Origin: Anaerolineales bacterium | Lineage (GTDB): Bacteria; Chloroflexota; Anaerolineae; Anaerolineales; E44-bin32 | NCBI GenBank assembly: GCA_034430615.1 | Contig: DAOUEJ010000203.1 | Span: forward strand, 1,575 to 65,574 | DNA: 64,000 bases | Direction: 5' to 3' | Part shown: positions 59,196 to 64,000 of the stretch, one piece after another | Layout: each line of letters opens with the position of its first letter | Position numbering within the stretch: position 1 is the stretch's first letter | Made by a program: the position numbers and the translations under genes | Notes under the pieces: generated by a model | The model's input: the letters and a program-made list of their open reading frames with translations, nothing else | Database searches by the model: none | What the model was told of the DNA's origin: nothing

Positions 59196-61535
59196 TCATC
59201 CGGAGCGGGCCAGGTTGATCAGTTCCCAGAGCCGGCTCGGGCTGAGCGGGATCTCGAGCAGCTCGAGACCTTCGATCTGGAGCGCATTCTCGAGCGCCTG
59301 GCAGAAAAGCGGTCCAACTGGAATTGCGCCAGCCTCGCCCGCACCCTTCACCCCAAGTGGATTGAGGGGAGAGGGTGTCTCCTTGTGACCGATCTCGATC
59401 CTGGGGACATCCAGCGAGGTTGGCAGCAGGTAGTCCATGAAGGTCCCGTTGAGCAGCTGCCCGTTCTCGTCGAAAACCAAATGCTCGTAGTAGGCGTTGC
59501 CTATCCCCTGGGCTATACCACCCTGAACTTGGCCATCGATCAGGAGCGGGTTGATCACCTTGCCGGCGTCGTGGACGGCGATGTACTTCTGGATGTTGAT
59601 CATCAGCGTCTCTGGATCTACTTCCACGATCATGGCGTGTACGCCGTTGGCCGTCGCCCCTGTCGCCGGGCCGAAGTAGTTGGTGGACTCGAGCCCGGGC
59701 TCCGTGCCTGGCTTAACGGCCCCACGCAGCGGGTTGGCCTGGGCTGCCAGTTCCCCGAGAGCGATCCCGCGTTCGGGTTCGTTCTTCACGTACACCCGGC
59801 CGCCTTGAAGCTCAAGCGCCTCCTGCTCGACCTCGAACATCTCAGCCGCCAAGGCGAGGATCTTATAACGGACATCCTTGGCGGCCTCGTTGATCGCGTT
59901 GCCAGCAACCACCGTCCCCCGGCTGGCGAAGGTCCCGGTCCCCCAATGGAACTGGTCAGTGTCACCCGTGACGACGTAGATTTCGCTGACCTCCACGCCC
60001 AGTTGTTCGGCTGCGATCTGGGCGAAACTGGTGAAATGTCCCTGGCCCTGGGTGCCGACCCCGGTGACAACCGAGATTTTTCCGCTTGGCTGCACCTGCA
60101 CCCGAGCTCCTTCGTAGGGGCCGATGCCGGTGCCTTCCACGTAGGTGACGACGCCGATGCCGACGTGCCGGCCTTCGGCGCGCAGCCTGGGCTGTGTCTC
60201 CGTGATGAAGTCCTCGTACCCAATCATCTCCAACGCTTTTGCCAGGACCGGTTCGTAGTTGCCGCTGTCGTAGACCAGCGAGGTGAAGTCTTGGTAGATG
60301 ATCTTGTTGTCCTTGGGGAAGGCATCAGTCGGGATGAAATTGCGGCGGCGGATCTCGGTCGGGTCGAGGCCTAGTTCGTTGGCTGCCAGGTCCAACAGGC
60401 GTTCCATGACAAACACGCCGTGCTGGCGGCCGGCGCCGCGGTACGGGGTCACGATCATCTTATTTGTGAAGACGGCCTTGAACTCGCTGTAGTAATTGGG
60501 GATGTCGTAGCAGCCCAGCAGCGTGCACTGGCTGTTGATGGGAACCGTCAGGCCGTAGGGGTCGTAGGCTCCGCTGTCGTGCAAGAAGACGTCGTGGATG
60601 CCGAGGATGCGGCCATCTTTGTCCAGGGCTATTTCGGCTTCATGGATCTGGGATCGTTCTTGGGTGGTGGCGACGAAGTTCTCGGCTCGGTCCTCAATCC
60701 ATTTCATTGGCCGATGGTACTTGATCGAGAGCCAGGGCAGGAGCATCTCCTCCGGGTAGAACATCATGATTTTAGGTCCGAATGCACCCCCGATGAAGGG
60801 TGCGACAACCCGCACCTGGTGCTCGCTCAAGCCAAGCATGGTAGCCAGACCGTTCCGGATGGGGATCGGCGCCTGGGTGGTATCCCAAACCGTCAAGCGC
60901 TGCGATTTTGGATCCCAGTGCGCGACGATGCCCCGGTTTTCCATGGCGGCCGCGGCCCCGTGATCGTACGTGAAGCAGCGGCGGATGATGTGATCGGCTG
61001 ACTGGCGCACCTGCTCATAGTCCCCGATCTCCTGGATCACGTGGGCAGCCAGGTTGGTTTCAAGATCTTCATGGATCGGTATCGTCTCCGGGTCAAGAGC
61101 ATTCTCAAGGTCGGCGACAACCGGCAGTGGTTCGTAATCCACAATGATGCGGGCCACCGCATCCTCGGCGATGTAGCGGTCTTCGGCGATGACGGCGGCC
61201 AGCGGTTCACCTACGTGGCGAACCCTATCCTGGGCCAGGATCGGCTGGGTACGTGCGTTAAAGATTAGGCGTTCGATCGGCGGAGGTGAGACCAGCAGTG
61301 GTCCCCTGGTCCAGTACTCCCCCAGGCTTTCTGCGGTGTGGATATCGATCACACCCGGTATCTCGAGGGCGGCGGAGACATCAATTTTCAGGATGCGCGC
61401 ATGTGCGTAAGGACTGCGTAGGAAGGCGATGTGCGCCATGTTCGGCAGGTGCACATCGTCAACAAAGAGCGCTTGCCCAGTCAGCAGGCGTGCGTCTTCG
61501 TTGCGTGGGATTCTCTTGCCTATATATTGTCCCAT
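59196..61535 (-). CDS. xanthine dehydrogenase/aldehyde oxidase-family molybdopterin-binding large subunit (CoxL-like)
   Basis: 779 aa. N-terminus GKRIPRNEDARLLTGQALFVDD, the loop PYRGAGR, and the C-terminus NPLGVKGAGEAG. Confidence 0.93.
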   Translation of the reverse strand: MGQYIGKRIPRNEDARLLTGQALFVDDVHLPNMAHIAFLRSPYAHARILKIDVSAALEIPGVIDIHTAESLGEYWTRGPLLVSPPPIERLIFNARTQPILAQDRVRHVGEPLAAVIAEDRYIAEDAVARIIVDYEPLPVVADLENALDPETIPIHEDLETNLAAHVIQEIGDYEQVRQSADHIIRRCFTYDHGAAAAMENRGIVAHWDPKSQRLTVWDTTQAPIPIRNGLATMLGLSEHQVRVVAPFIGGAFGPKIMMFYPEEMLLPWLSIKYHRPMKWIEDRAENFVATTQERSQIHEAEIALDKDGRILGIHDVFLHDSGAYDPYGLTVPINSQCTLLGCYDIPNYYSEFKAVFTNKMIVTPYRGAGRQHGVFVMERLLDLAANELGLDPTEIRRRNFIPTDAFPKDNKIIYQDFTSLVYDSGNYEPVLAKALEMIGYEDFITETQPRLRAEGRHVGIGVVTYVEGTGIGPYEGARVQVQPSGKISVVTGVGTQGQGHFTSFAQIAAEQLGVEVSEIYVVTGDTDQFHWGTGTFASRGTVVAGNAINEAAKDVRYKILALAAEMFEVEQEALELQGGRVYVKNEPERGIALGELAAQANPLRGAVKPGTEPGLESTNYFGPATGATANGVHAMIVEVDPETLMINIQKYIAVHDAGKVINPLLIDGQVQGGIAQGIGNAYYEHLVFDENGQLLNGTFMDYLLPTSLDVPRIEIGHKETPSPLNPLGVKGAGEAGAIPVGPLFCQALENALQIEGLELLEIPLSPSRLWELINLARSG

Positions 61536-61581
61536 CGATGCCCTCCGTGTTTTATGGATCAGAAATCATGTACAACCCTTA

Positions 61582-62367
61582 CTATTCCTCGGTGAAGGCC
61601 ACGGCTCGGCAGAAGGCAGCCTCGCCGCCCTTGAAGAGCCACGGGAAGCAGCCCAGGGTTAACCGGCGATTTTGAAGTTCGGGCGCCCCGATCATCCCGC
61701 CCAGGTTCTCGACGTGGATGCAGTCGTGCGGGAAGAGGGCGTTATGGGTTAGTTGGTAGGCCATCTCCGGGAACAATTCGGGGACTTTGTCCTTACCGAA
61801 CTTCGCCTCACATTGTGCGGTCACCTTCTGCCACTGCTCGAGTCCACCTTTGCCGAGAAAGCGGCCGATCGGCAGGTTCATGGGGTGGTCGGTCGAGATC
61901 ATGTCTACGCCCCAGATGTGGATCTTCTTCTCCAGAAGCCAATCGACGATCTCGAAATGCGGACCTGGGTGACGGAGGATATATTTTTCCTCGTCTGGCT
62001 TGGAGCCGAACTGCGCATGCTTATGCCAGCCAGTGTGGATGTAAAGAATATCACCCTCACGTACCTCGACTCGCTCCTCGATCATGGCCGGGGTGAAGAT
62101 GTCCAGTTCATCGAGCACGTCACTCAAATCAACGATCACCCCCTCGCCGTACAGCCATTCCAGCGGGATTTGATCGATGGTCTTCCCACCGGTGACGAAA
62201 TGGCGCGGCGCATCGAGGTGCGTACCCATGTGGTTGGAGGTCTGAATATATTGCGCATTCACACCCTGCTCTGCCTTGCGCTTGATAAACTTCACCTCGA
62301 AGGGCGGGTAGAACGGCCAGTTGGGAGCGTCCTGGTTTAGTGGTTGTGAGAGGTCGTGGATCTTCAT
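61582..62367 (-). CDS. cyclase-family protein (kynurenine formamidase-like metal hydrolase fold)
   Basis: HMGTHLDAPRHF motif. The ATG at 62367 has GGAGGAA 6 nt upstream. Confidence 0.88.
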   Translation of the reverse strand: MKIHDLSQPLNQDAPNWPFYPPFEVKFIKRKAEQGVNAQYIQTSNHMGTHLDAPRHFVTGGKTIDQIPLEWLYGEGVIVDLSDVLDELDIFTPAMIEERVEVREGDILYIHTGWHKHAQFGSKPDEEKYILRHPGPHFEIVDWLLEKKIHIWGVDMISTDHPMNLPIGRFLGKGGLEQWQKVTAQCEAKFGKDKVPELFPEMAYQLTHNALFPHDCIHVENLGGMIGAPELQNRRLTLGCFPWLFKGGEAAFCRAVAFTEE

Positions 62368-62451
62368 GATTTCCTCCATGCTTGATAAGCGAACGGTTTC
62401 GTGGATAAAATATCTGCTCGACGGCGCGGGCTGTTACCCACGCCAGAGCAT

Positions 62452-63693
62452 TTACAACCCGTAGGTCTCGGCAAAGGCGACCAATGCCTGCTCAAAGATC
62501 TCCATAGGGGGACGGACAAGCCCGGCCCCCACCTGCCCGACCCCGGCATCTTTGTGTGCGATCCCCGTATTTACCCGCGGGGCAATACCCAGCTCGACAA
62601 CCTTGCGAATGTCGATGCCCGTCGGTGTGCCGCGGAAATCGAGCGGCGGGATGCTGAAATGGCTGTGTTCGGCGACTGTGATCTCGTACATCTCAAGCGT
62701 GGCGTTGAGCGCATCCTGGGGGGTGCCACTGACGAAGGTGACGATGGCCGGTGCGGAGGCCATGGCAAAGCCGCCGATCCCGGCGGTTTCGGTGATGGTG
62801 CTGTCGCCGATGTCCGCGTTTGCATCCTCGCTTGAGTAGCCTGGAAAGTAGAGACCGTCCGGGATTTGTGCCGGAGCCGTGAACCAGCGATCACCCAATC
62901 CGCTGACCCGGATCCCGAAATCGGTGCCGTTACGTGCCATCGCTGTCACCAGGGTCGAGCCTTCGACACCGTGGGCGGCATCGGCCATGGCCTTGCAGGC
63001 CGCCATGACGGGGTTGAGCACGCTCAGTGCGTTATCCCCCAGGAACGCAAGCACTTCCGCCTTGACAGTATCCGAGACTTTCGCTCGCGCAATGGCCGGC
63101 GCCAGTTGTTTCAAGTATAGGAGGGAACCGGCCTTGTTGCGGTTGTGGCCTTCATCGCCCATGTGCAGGGCCTCGGCTAGCAGCGCCCGCATGTCGATGC
63201 CCTCAATGGATGTCAGGGCTTCCTCGAGCACCGGAGCCATGGTGTCGTTCATCCATCTCAGTTTTGAGATGACCTCCGGACTGAAAGCGCCATACCGCAG
63301 CACCTTGCCATAGCCCTCGTTCAGATTGGAGTAGGCATGGTTCTCGCCTTCGACATTATCAATCACGTAGACCGCCATAGAGGCTGAGATTACACCGGCC
63401 ATCGGGCCGACCGAGCTGTGGTGATGGCAGGGCTCAAAGGCGATCTCGCCGCTGGCGGCCAACTCACGGGCCTGGGACTCATTCTCTGCCAGTCCCTCGA
63501 AGATCAACGCCCCAATCACCGCTCCGCGCAGTGGGCCCGACATGCGCTCCCACTCGATCGGTGGACCTGCATGCAGCAGGAGATTATCCCGCATGCCGGG
63601 GATGACCTCGCGCGCCGTGGCGATGCCGGTAAGCATCGGCCGGGCGGTGATCATGCGTTCAACGGCGATCTGATTGGCTGCATCAATATCCAT
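62452..63693 (-). CDS. DUF1116 / AllG (YlbE)-like protein
   Basis: ...LLHAGPPIEWERMSGPLRGAVIGALIFEGLA...FEPCHHHSSVGPMAGV...NLNEGYGKVLRYGA..., closely following my memory of E. coli YlbE. Confidence 0.85.
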   Translation of the reverse strand: MDIDAANQIAVERMITARPMLTGIATAREVIPGMRDNLLLHAGPPIEWERMSGPLRGAVIGALIFEGLAENESQARELAASGEIAFEPCHHHSSVGPMAGVISASMAVYVIDNVEGENHAYSNLNEGYGKVLRYGAFSPEVISKLRWMNDTMAPVLEEALTSIEGIDMRALLAEALHMGDEGHNRNKAGSLLYLKQLAPAIARAKVSDTVKAEVLAFLGDNALSVLNPVMAACKAMADAAHGVEGSTLVTAMARNGTDFGIRVSGLGDRWFTAPAQIPDGLYFPGYSSEDANADIGDSTITETAGIGGFAMASAPAIVTFVSGTPQDALNATLEMYEITVAEHSHFSIPPLDFRGTPTGIDIRKVVELGIAPRVNTGIAHKDAGVGQVGAGLVRPPMEIFEQALVAFAETYGL

Positions 63694-63700
63694 ATTTCGC

Positions 63701-64000
63701 TCAACCTTTCTTTACTGGTTCGTCTTGGTCCCCTGCTTGCTGTGAGGATTTAATCCTGCTCAGGATCCCTATCAGTCTCTCATTCCCGCCCGCAGGCGGG
63801 CGCCAGTCGACCTGGATTGACGCAGCGCCCTGGGAAAGAAGGCTGTCATAAAACGATTCGAGCCCAATGTTGATCGCCGCCACGGGCGCAGCGAGCGCGG
63901 TCGTGGAGATGGCTGGCTGATCCTGCTCCGTGGAATCGCCCAGCAGCGCAACGGCATAGGCCACCAGGCTGATCGTGTCGGTGACCACTTTTGCGCCGGC
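63701..64000 (-). CDS. C-terminal part of an FdrA / AllF-like (succinyl-CoA-synthetase-alpha fold) protein, truncated by the window edge
   Basis: The frame is open to position 64000. The tail ...INIGLESFYDSLLSQGAASIQVDWRPPAGGNERLIGILSRI resembles the FdrA C-terminus. It ends 7 nt before the DUF1116 gene. Confidence 0.65.
   Translation of the reverse strand, partial: AGAKVVTDTISLVAYAVALLGDSTEQDQPAISTTALAAPVAAINIGLESFYDSLLSQGAASIQVDWRPPAGGNERLIGILSRIKSSQQAGDQDEPVKKG

Noticed and set aside
58941-60374. 477-aa ORF on the plus strand
   Set aside because: It lies entirely antisense to the strongly motif-supported Mo-hydroxylase gene. Its Arg/Gly/Ala/Pro/Leu-rich composition is typical of shadow frames in high-GC DNA, and it has no recognisable motif.
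62400-62408. DnaA-box-like CGTGGATAA between the cyclase and DUF1116 genes
   Set aside because: It is a single 1-mismatch 9-mer in a short GC-rich intergenic region. A match like this is expected by chance and is not part of a cluster.

Overview
High-GC (about 60%) bacterial chromosomal segment that is densely coding. I support about 60 protein genes, one tRNA-Arg(CCT) and several intrinsic-terminator-like hairpins. I saw no rRNA, CRISPR array, transposase, integrase or phage genes. Most content is core metabolism and envelope functions: split GatCAB, Glu dehydrogenase, SdhCDAB placed divergently to a Rieske/cyt b/subunit IV-cytochrome c operon, GlpD, MscL, HtrA, an ECF transporter, a tyrosine phenol-lyase-like gene, glycosylation genes, and many transporters and hydrolases. 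The gene content (F420-type LLM oxidoreductase, QcrABC-like bc complex, lamin-tail-domain proteins) fits a Chloroflexota-like or other high-GC Terrabacteria genome, but that is inference only. The observations most worth follow-up are:
- (1) A tightly packed minus-strand operon (57325-64000) that interleaves AllF/AllG/AllH-like genes (FdrA, DUF1116, DUF2877) with an orphan CoxL-like molybdenum hydroxylase, a cyclase-family hydrolase and an NmrA-like reductase. It sits next to a nucleobase permease that has a long structured leader.
- (2) A 480-nt AT-rich ORF-free island (19937-20419) carrying a cluster of DnaA boxes.
- (3) A secreted multi-lamin-tail-domain protein next to a phosphodiester glycosidase-SH3b protein.
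- (4) A near-consensus promoter overlapped by a perfect 18-bp palindrome, upstream of a membrane-protein/winged-helix regulator pair.
- (5) Two otherwise intact genes (an HDAC-family gene and the LTD gene) that are each interrupted by a single-position frameshift. These could be real pseudogenes or assembly errors.
All function calls rest on motif recognition by eye; no database search was run.
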